64,000 nucleotides of DNA. Source: Negaprion brevirostris. Its lineage: Eukaryota. The stretch is taken from contig JARDVH010000154.1 of assembly GCA_030324005.1 (NCBI GenBank), positions 26,731,841 to 26,795,840 on the forward strand. Reading direction: 5' to 3'. Below, piece by piece: positions 24,741 through 39,570 of the stretch. A program made the position numbers and the translations under genes. How positions within the stretch are numbered: the first letter of the stretch is position 1; every line of letters starts with the position of its first letter. The notes below the pieces were generated by a model. The model saw only the letters and a list, made by a program, of their open reading frames with translations, was not told the DNA's origin and searched no databases.

Positions 24741-26549
24741 ATGCAATACATCAAGTTAGAAAAATTGATTAATGTTTTGAGTGCTAGCCCTTTTGTCAGA
24801 ACTGAAATCTGAAACAGCACATCCTTTCTCTTTCCAGAAATTAAAATACATACAGTGCATTTCCACTATTTAAGTTTGTTTGTTTATTGATGTCATAAGT
24901 AGGCTTACATTAACACTATAGTGAAGTTATTGTGAAAATCCCCTACTGTTTCTTTTGGAGTAAGAAGAACTCTCGGCCCTCCAAATGATAACTTACAAGA
25001 ATTGACGTAACAAGTTTATTGTATCTTTGGGCTAGACTTGATGTCATGTTCAAAACAATCACACTCCATTCTACCATATGGTATGCACAAATGTAACTTA
25101 GTATGGTAAGGTTCAAATAGCAGAATTGATGGGTTAGTAGTAATTATCATTTAAATAAAGGGAGAAATTGATCGGCTGGAGGGCAAGTACATTGGTGCAT
25201 TTGTTCAGTTGAAAATCTTCACAATCTTGATGAGAAAAGTACTAGCATTTTTTGACCTCATCATGATACATTGATCAAGATTATCATTGGCCATTGTACT
25301 GCTTGCGGACATGATCTTTCACCTTCACTATTGTTAAAACATTTATTAATGCAGCATTTAATTTCAAACAGTCAAAGGTTATGATGCTGCAAGAGTTTTC
25401 CAAGTGGACCTTTAACTAATTGGAAGAAACTGGAGAAATTATGTTGTAACAAATCATCCATCATCTAATTATCTTCAAAAGCCAATTTAAGTGGAATTGT
25501 AATTTGATGCAAATGTACTAAGATTCACCATTCAAGTATTCCCAACTGTTCTATTCAACATGTCAACGTTTTAACAGTCTTCGATAAAGCTATAAAAGAT
25601 CAAGTCCTAAAGCTTCTCTTAACTGTAAATATCTGAGGGTTGTAGCTTTTCCGAAGCTGCTTTTATATCATTTTAAGTTGTATCCACTGCTTTGTTTAAT
25701 ACAGATTTTAGCATTGCTTGTCCTTGCGAGCTAGTATCAGGATAAGTGAAGGCACATACACGTAACAGGGTTGTGAGCTGTTCTGTTTTCATGGCATTAA
25801 AGTACTTTGCAATTTTTTTAATTTCAAGTTTGCATTTGGCAAACAAGATTTTTTTTTCTCTTTGACTTCACCCATTAAACTTTTTACATGCTAATAACTT
25901 TAATAATAGTGTATGAATGCCTAAAAGCAGTATAACCTATTTGTAATTGATGGCGAATTAGTGCAGAGTGGGGAGGCGATGAACTGAGGGTAATAGGCAG
26001 GAAAATAATAAGCATTAAAGTGCACAGGGGTAAATTGGATAAAAATGCTCATGAGGAAAGAGAGTTGCTATGCTTTTCAGTTCATAGTTAAAAAGCAACT
26101 TGCCTTATCTAAATTGATTAAATATTCCCACGTCCCCCAAGTATTGCATGATAATTATAGGGAAAATGGTAAGTATGACAAATTCATTGTAAAATGGAAT
26201 AAATTATAAGTTAAGAGGAGGAAGGAACTGGAAACATGAATAAATTGAAGAATGACGTTAAACACTTGTCTTATTTTTGTAGCAGTGCTTTGGACAGTTA
26301 GTGCATCCAAATAGATTGGGAAGTGTAGTTAAAAGATGGTGGGTAATACATGACATGAAGTACAGCATGGTAATTGTTGAGCAGTAGCATTATTGAGTGT
26401 GTGAGAGATAGACCATCCTTTTAAAAAAAAAATTGAGTTGGACCTCATAGAGTGAACTAGATGCAGTTATGATAAAGCTATGGTGAAAGGAAAAACTTGG
26501 GACGGGACAGACCAATCCTGCATCTAAATGCTCTCTTTATTTTTTTTAG

Positions 26550-26765
<216 letters not shown>

Positions 26766-27255
26766 TGAAGTGACAGTATGCTTCAGATACAGGCTCAGCA
26801 TTTAAATGCAGTTCTATTCAGTTATGCAAACTGGTGTAAAGGAACAACTATTTATGACCAATGTTTCCCTTTTCTCGATTTCTTTTCCCCTTGATCTGAT
26901 GGAAATTTGAAATTATCTTATACTTGAGGCTGGAGTTCTTGCAAAAGCAGGTTTGCCAAAAACTGTGTTTTAATGACCCTTCTCAATTTTACAATTTGAT
27001 GTGGACTGCTTTTTAGAAAGTGCCATTTATATATTAAATTTGGAATTCACTTACCCTGCTCAGACTTGATTCCTTGAATAAGGATTGTTTTCATATCATA
27101 TGTGCATCTACTGTCAACAGAAGAATATGCTTCCCTTCCGTTTCCATTCCTCACCCCCCACCACCACCAAAAATAAGAATTGACCTATCATCTGATTTAC
27201 TTTCTTTTTGAAACTAGATTTATTGAAGATTTGTTGATTGTAAAAGCTTTATAGC

Positions 27256-29018
27256 TATGTAAGGATAAAAAGGTTGACAAAAACAAATGTAGGTCCCTTA
27301 CAGTCAGAAAGGAAAGAATTCATAATGGGGAATAAAGAAATGGCTGAGAAACTAAATTTGTACTTGCTCCAGTCTTTACAAAGGAAGACATAAATAATGT
27401 GCCTGAAGTGCTGAGAAAAAACATGTTTTGGTGAGGAGCTGGAGGAAATCAGCATTAGTAGAGAAATGGTTTTGGGGAAATTGAGATTGAAGGTGGGTAA
27501 CTCTCCAGGTTCAGATAAGCTTCATCCTACAGTAAGGAAGTGGCCCTGGAAAGATTAAATCCATTGGTGATTATTTTCCATAATTCTTTGGACTCTAGAA
27601 TAGTTCCTGCAGATTGGAGGGTAGCGAATGTAAGCCTACTATTCAAAAAGGGAAGTAGAGAGAAAACAAGAAACTATAGACTAGTGAGCCTAACGTTGGT
27701 ACTGGCAAGTTGTTAGTCTATTATCAAGGATTTCATAACTTGGCATTTGTAAGGCAGTGGTAGTCAGCATGGATTTACAAAAGGGAAATCATGCTTGACG
27801 AATCTATTGGAATTTTGAGGATGTAAGGAATAGAGTTGACTGAGGAGAACCAGTGGATGTGGATTTAAACTTTCAGAAGGCTTTCGATAAGGTCCCACAT
27901 AACAGATTACTATTTAATGTTAAGCACATAGGATTGCAGGTAATGTCTTGAGATGGATAGAAAGCTGGTTAGCAGATAGGAAACAATTGGTATAAACTGG
28001 TCTTTTTCTGATTGGCTAGCAGTCTCTAACTAGTGGGGTTCCACATGGATCTGTGCTAGGACTCCAACCATTCGCATTATATATTGATTTGGAAGAGGGA
28101 ACTGAATGTATTATCTCCAGATTTACAGATGATATATAGTTGGGTGGGAGGGTGAGCTGTGAGGAGGATGCAAAAATGCTTCAGCGTGATTTGGACAGCT
28201 GTATGTCTGAACATCTGCATGGCAGATGCAGTATAATGTGGGTAAATGAGGTTATCCACCTTGGCAGCAATAATAGAAAGACAGATTTACTTGAATGGGT
28301 GTAAATTGAGAGAGGTCAGTACGCAACGAGACCTTTGGCCCCTCGCGCATACTTTGCTTGAAAGTAAGTGCGCAGGTACAGCCGGCAGTAAAGGCGGCAA
28401 ATGGTATGTTGACCTTCAAAGTGAGAGGATTTGAGTAAAGAGATGGTTTGCTGCAATTGTATAGGGTGTTGGTGAGGCCACATCTGATGTATTATGTGCA
28501 GTTTTGATGTCCTTATCTGAGGAAGGATGCCCTTGCTGTAGAGGGAGTACAGCGAAGGTTTACAAGCTGATTCCTGGGATGGCAGGCCTATCATATGAGG
28601 AGTGTCTAGGTCGGTTCGAATTATATTCACTGGAGTTTAGAAGAGTGAGAGGGGATCTCATCAAAACTTAAAATTCTAACAGGGTTAGACAAGTTGGATT
28701 TAGAATGTTTTCAGTGGTGGAGGGAGTTCAGAGCTAGGGGTCATAGTCTGAGGATAAGGGGTAAACCTTTCAGAAAGGTGAAGAGAAATTTCTTCACCCA
28801 GAGGGTGGTGAATCTGTGGAATTCACTACTATAGTATGTATTTGAGGCCAAATTTCGAGAAGAAATTAGATACAGCTCTTGGGGCTAAAGGGATCAAGGG
28901 ATGTGGGAGGAAGGAGAGATCAGGGTATTGAATTCAATGATCAGCCATGATCAAGATGAATGTCAGATGAGGCTAGAAAGCCAAATGGCCTACTCCTGCT
29001 AGTTTCTATGAAGTTATG
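27256..29018 (+). mobile_element. Degenerate CR1 LINE, RT domain through 3' tail
   Basis: DWRVANVSLLFKKGSREK..NYRLVSLT, QHGFTKGKSCLTNLLEF, FQKAFDKVPHNRLL, GVPHGSVLG, FTDD; tail aatggcctactcctgctagtttctatg. Confidence 0.92.
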
Positions 29019-31724
29019 CATTTGTGTGCAAGTTGAAAGGCTTTCTCACTTAAGATCTAAAAGTTATAGCAAATACACAGTGCTCTCAACTACAATAAAG
29101 CAACAACAGTCCGTTAGTCTTTCCTCTAGTAGCTTTAAAAATTACTAAGCCAAGAAATATGGCTCGAGCTGAAGTTTAATTTAATGAGAAATCCTGCCTG
29201 GATTCAGTTGTTAGACATTCACTGGCTGCATGATGTTTCTTCTGCTGGCAGCACTGTTTATATAGGCTTTTTTAATAATTGTCGGTATGAGCCGTTACTG
29301 TTTGACTGAACTTCCAACTTCAGCTGCCTTGTTGGGAATGTAGCTGCATGCTTGAAACTCCTTGTAATCTCATCCTAGTTCTGCATTGTCCACAGTATAG
29401 CAAATAGCCTGGCCAATGTCAAGCCTCACTGCACTAAGGCAGAACCAAATGCTACAGAATGATGNNNNNNNNNNNNNNNNNNNNNNNNNNNNNNNNNNNN
29501 NNNNNNNNNNNNNNNNNNNNNNNNNNNNNNNNNNNNNNNNNNNNNNNNNNNNNNNNNNNNNNNNNNNNNNNNNNNNNNNNNNNNNNNNNNNNNNNNNNNN
29601 NNATGTAACTCATTCCATTTGAACTACAGTAACGTTATTTTCAGATCTACCCATTAACACTGAAGGGATGGAAATCCTGAGTATTGTTTATTTCAAAACT
29701 GGAGGAGAAAGCTTGCATCTCAGTAGCTTAAAAACATAACTATAAATAATTGCCCTTAATTGTTTGAGAACAAGGAGAGAGCTTTTCAATTTGATTATTT
29801 TGCCTGCCTATCTCCTGTAGGGAGATTAAAAAGGCTAAACTGTGGACTTCTGTGTAAATTTCATGGTTGGTTCTCAGACAGTGAGATAAGAGTGGACAAG
29901 TTGCACTCTGCATAACCATGTTTTCATAGAATGCTTTATCTTTAAGCCATCAGCGCCTGACAAAACTTGCACAATTGAACAGTTCAAGTATTTGACAATC
30001 TGAGAGTCAAACAACTCTAACCTTTTAATACAAAATGCTAGGAAATATACTAGTTGATGTAGTGTCTGGAAAAGAAAACCAGCATTTTAGGTGGAGGACT
30101 AAAAAATTCTTAATGCAAAGTATTGCCTTTTCCCTTGGAAGCTGAAAGACCTGTTGTAAGTGTTCATTTTTTTAAATTTCGTCACTTTTATTTGAGAGAA
30201 CCTGTTATTGATTGAGCTGTTAGGCAATCATGTTTTAAGAGAAATTCAGCATTGTATGGAAGTTGCTCATCACCAGAGATTTCACATCTCCATGCAGTAC
30301 CATGATTTAGTCATATGCTTTTACGCATTGTTAATGCATTCAGCAGCTAGTTTTGTTTAACATTATGTAACGGCAACTTAAGTCACTGAGATATTCATCC
30401 TGAATGAAGTAGCCTCTATTTCACTGTACAAGACTTGTATTAACTTTGTTGGTTTCATATCAAAAGCTTTAAGTGCTCAGTTGAGATCTCGTGGCTTGGA
30501 TCTTGTTTTAAAAGACACATGCTATCTTGTGGAGTTCATGTTGGTCAATAATTATTTCAAAAAGAACTATTATTTTTCCCTGTATTTTGCATTATCTATG
30601 GGCAAATTAGTTAAATTTTGCTATTAATAAGGTGAGAGATTTTAGAACGGGGAATGGAATTTGATTTGTGGCACCTGTTGGTGGTATCAAGTGCTCACAG
30701 CATTGGCGTTGCTCTTTTTAGAAGTAAAATGAATTTTATTACGTTTGTTTAGCAATGTGAATCTGTTTCAAGAGGACCTCCTCCCTCATTTTTTTAAATC
30801 AGCCATGATGATGTATCTGTGGTATTACCTAATGCCAAAGTAATAAGTTTCACACTAAGTTCATGCTCACTTGGGACTGAATTAAGACTGCTTCAGTTCA
30901 TTTCATGTAGGGTCTTTTATAGCCAGTAGACTTTCATCCTATCACTTTGGGCTGGAATTGAAACTAGGTTCCAGAAATGAAAGACCTTTGTTAACTCGTG
31001 GTGTGTCTTTGATTCTTGGCGAAACAAATATCAATAATTTATCATAAGAAGCAAAACACAAACTAACATCAATAATTTGTCATAAGTTTATCACAATTAA
31101 TCATTAGCAGAAGCCTTTCCAGCAGACTCGAAGCTGATCTGTAAAATGGTAATTTTCATTACCATAAAGATGTCATTATTTAATTTACAAGATTACTTTC
31201 CTATTTAATTTGCATATATTGGTCAGATCGGATACAGACTCTTGTTTAAACCCTAAACTGGAAAGTGAGGTTACAGTCCATACGTTACTAAGAGATTCAA
31301 ATTCACCTGGTAGAATTTTAATAAACTGGACATTTTTTAAAAAAAAACAGTTATGACTACATTAAGATGCTGTCCTGCTCAATTTTGAATATATTTATGA
31401 TAGCTGTTCAGTCAAATTTTTATTTCTGTGGAGGTGGATTAATTGATGCACCCAAAATTCAAATTTAAAAATACTTGTTGCTAAAAGCCATATAAACTTT
31501 ATTAGCCTCAATACTGTCACAAACTGAAATCATTGAGTCATTACATTTTTCCATCATGGAGAATCTCTCTATAATGTTGTGTAACCATACCCAGGTACAG
31601 GGTATTATTCAGATGGCTCAAACTGTTCTGCTAACATCAAAGCTGATAGATGTAAATAGGAGAAGGTTGGAAACCTGTTTCTAGGATTGATCTACTTTGT
31701 AGTATTGCAACTTGAGCTAAGTAG

Positions 31725-31886
<162 letters not shown>

Positions 31887-32649
31887 TAACAATTATGATT
31901 ATGACTTAGACTATCTAAGATGTTTACCGCATAATAGAAGCAGCAAGTAGAATTAATTCTGTGATGTAATGGGCTGGTAACAATGTACTGTTATGTGTGA
32001 TCACTGAAATTGGCCCCAAGTTGATGTACTTTGCAAAGTTGAGAGCATAATTCTGCAAATTATGCAATCATGGTAAATATGGTAATTTATCATTATGGGG
32101 CACTTAACTACTGTCTGGCCACTCCCTACAGAGAATGATTAATAGTTGTCCTTTTTTGCTTTCTTGTTCTAATAAATTTATGATTCCTATTATTGTGAGA
32201 CACTGCTATATTGAAGGCCATGCCTTTTGCAGACTGTTGTGTAAACTCAGGGTAAATGTGAAGCCGTATAAAACTCCATGGGAGTCATCTTACTGGTTCA
32301 TCACGTCGGTTGATCGGCATGGCGAGCTGGAGGTAAAAAAATTAGCCATGGCAAAAGAGAGAATTGGGGGTGATGATCGGCTGGGGGGAAAGTGACAGAT
32401 GTCCCAGTGCGTTGTGTATACAATGCACCAGGAGATCCAGGCGCCTGCGTAATGGCGCCCCGGAGCTTCAGCAGTTGGAATCCCAGGATGAATATGCCCT
32501 GCCCACTCTCCCAAATGGTGAAAATCAGATTTTTTTTGCTAAGTGCCATATGATTGCATCTGGGAGCTAGCTCAAAAAATGGACACAGTGCTCTCCTGTT
32601 TTCAAGCTCATTTGGCAATATTCTCATCCTTTACAAACCTATCTGTGGT

Positions 32650-32985
32650 CTTGCTTGTTCTTGTATTTCATCTCCTGCAGCTGCACAACTGTCTGAGATC
32701 TCTGTGCTCCTCCAATTTTGGCTGTTTTGAACATTCCTGATTTTAATCACTCGCCAGGCCTTCAGCTGTCCACACATTCTGGAATTCCCTCCCTAAGCCC
32801 CTTCACCTCTTGTTCTCTTACCACCTCAATGATGCTCCATAAAGCTAACTCCGATCAAGCATTTGGTCATTTATCCGAATTGCTCCTCGTGTCTTGGTGT
32901 CAGATTTTGTTTGAAAATGTTCCTCTGAAACACCTTGGGATGCTCTGCTACAGTAAAATGGCACTGTATAAATACAAATTGTTGA
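32650..32985 (+). mobile_element. L2-clade LINE 3' end
   Basis: ggaattccctccctaagccc...aaaatggcactgtataaatacaaattgttg tail. Confidence 0.7.
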
Positions 32986-34622
32986 ACTGTCAAGAGATCC
33001 TATGTGGAGTGTACATTTATTTCCTGAAACTTAAGAAGAAAGAGTGTGCTACGGTGTATTTGTTGTATTCAGAATCTTAAATCACATTTATTGGAAAATT
33101 GTCAACATTCCCTAATATTCTGATTTGTATTGAAATATGCACACTTGTCTTGGATAAATTTAAATGATAATACATGTGATGGAATATTGAACAGCATTAG
33201 TTTCAATTAACCATGAAAGTTTATATGCTATAAATTATATATCATGCAGCTTACAGATGTCACCTGTGTCTAAAATTAAGTTAGAATATTGTACTTCTGC
33301 TTAAATTGTTTTAGAAAATTAAACTCATTATACTTTAAATAGTGCAAGCTATATCTGAGCTATATAATCAGCATTTCATAAAGTATTGCAACTTTATTGC
33401 TGCAGAACAATCTCATGATTTGCACAGAACAGTGTATTAAAGAAACATTTACAGTTATGGCACAAATTGAGAAGGAAATTAAGCGCCTGGTGTACATTAT
33501 AAATCAAAACTGCCAACCCCAATTACATGCTAGATAACCCAACTATTCGCTTATTGATTTGAAGAATTAAATTGAGGTTTTTTTGTACTTTTTGCACTAG
33601 TAGTGCTTTTTCTGCTAGCTAACAGGTATAAGCATAGCTGTTGCAATTAACACTTGTCTTTGAACCGGTATTAAATTTTACAACTGAGCACATCCGCCCT
33701 TAAGTTCATCATAGTTCAGTGCTTATCTATTCCAAAATTTAGATAACATCAAGCTTGGGGATGTTCCTTCTCCCATAACCATCTGGTGGGGTAGGTCAGA
33801 TTTCATTGCATCCATGCAGGCTTGTCCAGTAGTTCTAGCTAGACCTGTTTAAGCTGTCCACATTTGGCCGAACATCATTGTTGTTCGTGGCCCATTTCTG
33901 CAGTATTTGTGCTTTAAGTATTAAAAATATTGAATAGCCTGTTATTCTAGTATTCCCTCGAGGTTGTTCTGATATGTAAAGTCATCAGACTGTCAGACGT
34001 AGTCACAGTGACATTGTTTTATTTGATTTCTAGTAGAAGGAACATTACCATATATTTAATATAACTTTCAGACTGAAACTCTTTCTGATCTCAGTGGGAG
34101 CTAGTTAAACTATCTCCATTATTCGAGGCTTATTCTTGTTTTAGCCAAAAAGAGTATTCACTTAATATTTGCCTTTGTGGCAATATTGTGTCTCAGTAGT
34201 GATTGACAGGTTTAATGGGTGAGACAGATATCTAATTTTTTAGTAATACTGTTGTGGGTAATTTTTAATTCTATTCTTGCAAAAGTTTATGACTTGATAG
34301 ACTTCTGTTTTAAATTCCATGGATTTTCCTCTTTTGTGACGTTGCATATGGAGCTATCCAATTTGCCTTTTAAACCACAAATGTCTATAAGCAGTAAATT
34401 CTGAAAGTCAGGTTAAACAATTGAGATGGTCTTTGTTTTAAATCGTTGCTGAAGTACACAGTACCTTCACTGTTCCTGTGACACAGCCCTCAGGGATACA
34501 GACTTGAATATGGTGCACAACTTGTTTAGCCATCCACTACAAGATCAGGCTGAAACACTTGGAACAGTACTGAATCCCACTCTCATCTGCCGCAAGGGCT
34601 CATCTTGGAAGANNNNNNNNNN

Positions 34623-35998
34623 CATCTTTTTTTTCGAAGCCAATCTGTTGTCTGAAACCACTCTCCCCATCTCTTGCGCCCTCATCTCCAAAAATAAGTG
34701 TGCAGATAATATGGGAGGCTTTGTCGTCAAGATTGAGACAATCCAGTTAGTTGCTTCTGCCACATCTTTTCCACCAGGCCACCTGAACAAACTTTCTTCA
34801 ACACTCCTCCTTGCCCTAGCCCTGAAACTGTATCTTTCTCTAGCTTCACTCCCACCTCTGGCTTCATCTTGTCCATGAGACCCATAGCNNNNNNNNNNCT
34901 GCTCATCCAGCGTTCCGTCTTGCTGCCTGTTTAGCCGCTATTGTAAAATATTCTCTCCAAGTATTGTCCATCTCTCCTTTAAATCATCACCCCCCTTCCC
35001 CAAAAAAAAGCACTTGACTTCAGTCATTGCAAAATACCACCCCGTCACCAATCAGCCTTTCCTCCCAAAGCCTTTAAAGATGCTACCACCCCCCAAATCG
35101 GTTCCTATCTTTCCTGGGACTCCATATTTGAATTCTTCCAATCAAGTTTCTGCCCTGCTGCAGTACAGAAACTGCTTCTTTCAATCACATTACATCCTAC
35201 CTAACTGTGACAAAAGTAAACTTTTCAATCTCTCCATTCTTCTCTACCCATCTGCAGTGTTTGCATGGTTGACCACACCATCCTCCTCCAACACTTACTG
35301 TTCAGTTGTGTGGGACAACTTTCACATGGTTTTACATTACTGCCTATCTAAACCAAATTACAGTGGCCTTTCTTCCTGTTCTTCCATCAGTATGTCTGGT
35401 GTCCCCCAAGGATCAATCATTGGTCCTCTTATTTCTCATCTATACACTGCCCTTCGTCAACATCATCTAAAGGTATGCCACTAGTTTTCACGTGTACGCT
35501 GATGATAGCCAGCTCTATCTCGTTTCTCTTGTTGCTAAATTATCAGACTACTTTTTGGACATCTAAACTGGAAGAACAGAAACTACCACTCCATCCCTCT
35601 CCTTGGAAACATTCTGGGATGAAGCCAATGGGTTTGCAATCTTACTGTTACATTTGAACTTGTGATGTGCTTTCAACCTCAATTGTGCCATCTCCATGAC
35701 TGCCTATTTCCACCTCTAACGTTGCTCAACTTCATCCACATCCCAGCTCATCTGTTGAAACCCTCATCCATATCTTTGTTATTGCCAAGCTTGACTATTT
35801 CAATGCACTCCTGACTGCTCTATAAACGTGAGGTAGTCAAATTTCTGCTGTTTGTGCCCTAACTCTCTCATTTCCCTATTGTCTCTGAGCTCGCTGACCT
35901 ACATCAACTCCTGAACAGTGCCTTTATTTTAAACTTCTATTTTGTGGTTTTGAATGCCTCTATGCCTTCCTCTTCCCCACGTCTGTATTCTCCTGCAG
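34623..35998 (+). mobile_element. Degenerate L2-clade LINE RT fragment
   Basis: GVPQGSIIGPL, YADDSQLY and KLDYFNALL motifs. Confidence 0.85.
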
Positions 35999-35999
35999 T

Positions 36000-36094
36000 C
36001 ATAAGAACATAAACATAAGAAGCAGGAGTAGGCCATCTAGCCCTTCGAGCCTGCCCTGCCATTCAATAAGATCATGGCTGATCTGTCGTGGCTC
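36000..36094 (-). mobile_element. Young CR1 3' tail running into a gap
   Basis: cataagaacataaacataagaagcaggagtaggcc...; nearly identical to 2553-2639. Confidence 0.85.
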
Positions 36095-36869
36095 NNNNNN
36101 NNNNNNNNNNNNNNNNNNNNNNNNNNNNNNNNNNNNNNNNNNNNNNNNNNNNNNNNNNNNNNNNNNNNNNNNNNNNNNNNNNNNNNNNNNNNNNNNNNNN
36201 NNNNNNNNNNNNNNNNNNNNNNNNNNNNNNNNNNNNNNNNNNNNNNNNNNNNNNNNNNNNNNNNNNNNNNNNNNNNNNNNNNNNNNNNNNNNNNNNNNNN
36301 NNNNNNNNNNNNNNNNNNNNNNNNNNNNNNNNNNNNNNNNNNNNNNNNNNNNNNNNNNNNNNNNNNNNNNNNNNNNNNNNNNNNNNNNNNNNNNNNNNNN
36401 NNNNNNNNNNNNNNNNNNNNNNNNNNNNNNNNNNNNNNNNNNNNNNNNNNNNNNNNNNNNNNNNNNNNNNNNNNNNNNNNNNNNNNNNNNNNNNNNNNNN
36501 NNNNNNNNNNNNNNNNNNNNNNNNNNNNNNNNNNNNNNNNNNNNNNNNNNNNNNNNNNNNNNNNNNNNNNNNNNNNNNNNNNNNNNNNNNNNNNNNNNNN
36601 TGTGCTGTTTGCCTGCCTCCATGAATAGACACAGGTGCTGTAACAGTCTTCTGGCTTCATTCCAATGAACTGTGAAGAGATCCCTCAAGGTGTCTTTATT
36701 CTATATATCTAATAATTTCAGAGATCAAGTGGACATCTAGTAGTCCCCTCGGCAATGATTGAAGCAACCAGCTGTTTAAGTTCTTCTGTTTGTATTCAAA
36801 AGTTATCACATATGTAGATATAAAATAAACATGTACCAGAAAACTAAATCTCAGAAGAATTTTAGCAGA

Positions 36870-37260
36870 AGGAAAACTTGCATTTTATAGTACCTTTTCA
36901 AATGCTCAGAACATCCCAGGCACTTTACTGTGAAGTAAGTTGTTGTTTTGAAATGCAGGAAATAAGACAGCAAGCTGCCACAGACAGCTATGTGATGATG
37001 ACCAAATGACCTTTTTGTGATATTGAATGAAAAATAAATATTAACCAGTACACTGGGATAACTCCATTACTGCTCCTTGACATCATGCCATGGAATCTTT
37101 AGATCCATCTGAGAGGGCTAAAGTCTCACCCAAAAGATGACACCTCCAATGGTGCAATCCTCCTCATTCCTTCACTGAAGTTTTACCCTTGATTTTTGTG
37201 CTGAAGGTCTTGAACCCACAACCTTTTTGAAAGCAGAAGTACTAACATCTGAGTTGGGTT
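36870..37260 (-). mobile_element. Deu-domain SINE (SacSINE1/AmnSINE1-like) with L2-type tail
   Basis: aacttgcattttatagtacctttt tail; tgccatggaatcttagatccatctgagaggg...aaagatgacacctccaatggtgca core; cttgaacccacaacc B-box complement. A further decayed copy lies at ~57690-57990. Confidence 0.65.
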
Positions 37261-39299
37261 GATACTATTTATCAGTGTTTTAACTATGGTACTTACCTGA
37301 TTGAAGGCTAGTTTTAAGGACTCCTTTGGCTTTTTCATTTTAGTGCATGGTACCTTTTTTGCGTGGCACGCATTTTAACTGTGTGAATTTGTGGGCTGCA
37401 TATCATACTGTCCAGGTTCCTGTACAGGCATGCATCTTTAAAGGTAATTTTCCATGATGCTTTTTGATTTGGCTGAAACATTTTCAGGGAATAATTTCAA
37501 AATTAGCAATATTTTTCTGTCTGCACTTTCTGGAACTATTTTGGAGCAGTTCTTTATATTACAAATACAGTTGGTCAGGGTTGATGAACAAGATCACTGG
37601 CAGAAGTCTGAAACTTGGTACTTTCCTTAAAAGGGCAAGACAAATTTCTTGCACCAAATTTTCATTTGAACATTATTATCTTTATGTAAAGCAATTCATG
37701 ATGTGCTTTAGCCAATGGTGTTCTACAACTTCAATTTAATGGTGTAGGGACTCGAATTTCGCTCCAGCTTTTATATTGTTTTGACATACTTTTTATTCTT
37801 TTGAGACTAAATTAAGTCAATGGTTTACCAACCTTATTCTTTCTTGATCGTTCAAAAGTAATTTGACCTCTCGCATTGGAAGCTGCTTCCTGCAATCATT
37901 GTTTGTTCTGGTCCAATATTACATACCATGACTATCATCTTGGTGTCAATTTTAATGGAATGCTTCAATGTCCTTGATGATTCCTTGGGTCCCTTTTCTG
38001 CCACTTCCAGGCAAAGAAATTGAAGTTTATCTTTTCAGTCCTATGATTATACAAAATGAAGATTATGAAATGACATGAAATGTTATCACTAGGGCAATGT
38101 CCTCCAAGCCTTAATGGCCTTATTATGTTCTGAAAGTTGGATAAAATTGTATTTTTCCAAACACCTGGATCATGCATCAAAACAATTATGTCGGATATGT
38201 GGGAGCTTGAAGGAGTCCAGTGAGGACTCCAAAAATAATTATTTTATCAGATTGACAGACTCCTTAATTGACAGACAAGGGAATTAAGGGTTATGGGGAG
38301 AAAGCGGGAAAGTGGAACTGATCCACTTCAGATCAGCCATGATCNNNNNNNNNNNNNNNNNNNNNNNNNNNNNNNNNNNNNNNNNNNNNNNNNNNNNNNN
38401 NNNNNNNNNNNNNNNNNNNNNNNNNNNNNNNNNNNNNNNNNNNNGGTTCGGGAAGTAATGAGGCAGACATAATTATTTAAGGCTGTTCCTGCAAATTTTG
38501 TACCTAAGTCATGGGGTGATGGTAAATTGTTTTTTCAACATTATTTGGAAGTAATTGTGATCTTTCCTTTCATGCTTTGACTTTGTTTGAAATGCTATGT
38601 TTCATCATTGCTTTATCTATGGGTTTGTGTAGGTTTTTGATGTCGACAAATAAATTACAGCTTTTCACTGAATTTTTAAAAAATATTAGGAGTTGGGTTT
38701 GTTACCTTGGGACACTTGGAGGGCTGATGGGCTGTTTAATCGTGGAGGGGGAGGAGGGCAGTGTCATAGCCAAGCGTGGTCTTGGTGCCTTACACACATT
38801 TGTTTAGATCGCAATCTCATCTGATTTATTTCTGTCTCTTTCCCCATCTTTAATCAGCTTTTAAGTTTGTTAAAATAGCACCTCCCACTGTAATGTAATA
38901 TTAGTTTTTGAAGACAGCCTTGTAGAAATATCTTGTAAATTTAAATTTTTCATATTTTGAAGATCTGTTATAAAACAAAATTAGCCCCTCCATACAGATC
39001 TCTTGCAACTATTTAATCTGGGGATCACATTGTAGACTGGAAGAAGATATCTCAGGCTGTATTTTACACAGTTCGAAGTATAAAGAGCTGAAGTCCAGTA
39101 AGTCAATTCACTTATTGAAGTGAATGAAACTTCAGTGTTCCACATGTGGTCGTACGTGTCTAAAATTCCACCTCTTGGCTAAGTTTTTGCACCAATTGCA
39201 CAATTCATTTGACTTCAGTAAGTTTATTGTTAGTTATTTTCCTAACTAACCGTAATCGATATTGACCAACTAGGTTAAAATATGTACTCCTGTATTGTC

Positions 39300-39570
39300 T
39301 GTTGTGGAGTGTTGGGTAAGCCCAGTAGGTTCTGATGACAGCTTCATGGTCTGAAGTAGGTTAACTAAGTCTTTATTAACCACTAGAACTATATACAAAT
39401 GTATAGTGATGCATACAAACTAGGAGCTGTCTCCATGCTTGGATCTATACGTGACTCTGTCCAATACCACACTGATTTTTAGGTGCGGGTTTGTGTTCTC
39501 CAGCATCGTTCTGTGGAAGGCATTGTATTCAGTTTCTCATCTACATGGTGTGCCAGACCATTATCCTACC
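39300..39570 (-). mobile_element. Possible solo LTR
   Basis: Begins TGTTGTG, internal TTTATT (AATAAA on - strand), imperfect flanking 5-mer ttgtc/ctgtc; the terminal CA is not intact. Confidence 0.35.

Noticed and set aside
32290-32530. GC-richer patches with short ORFs (also 49140-49420)
   Set aside because: No protein similarity recognised; probably decayed interspersed repeats that I cannot classify.
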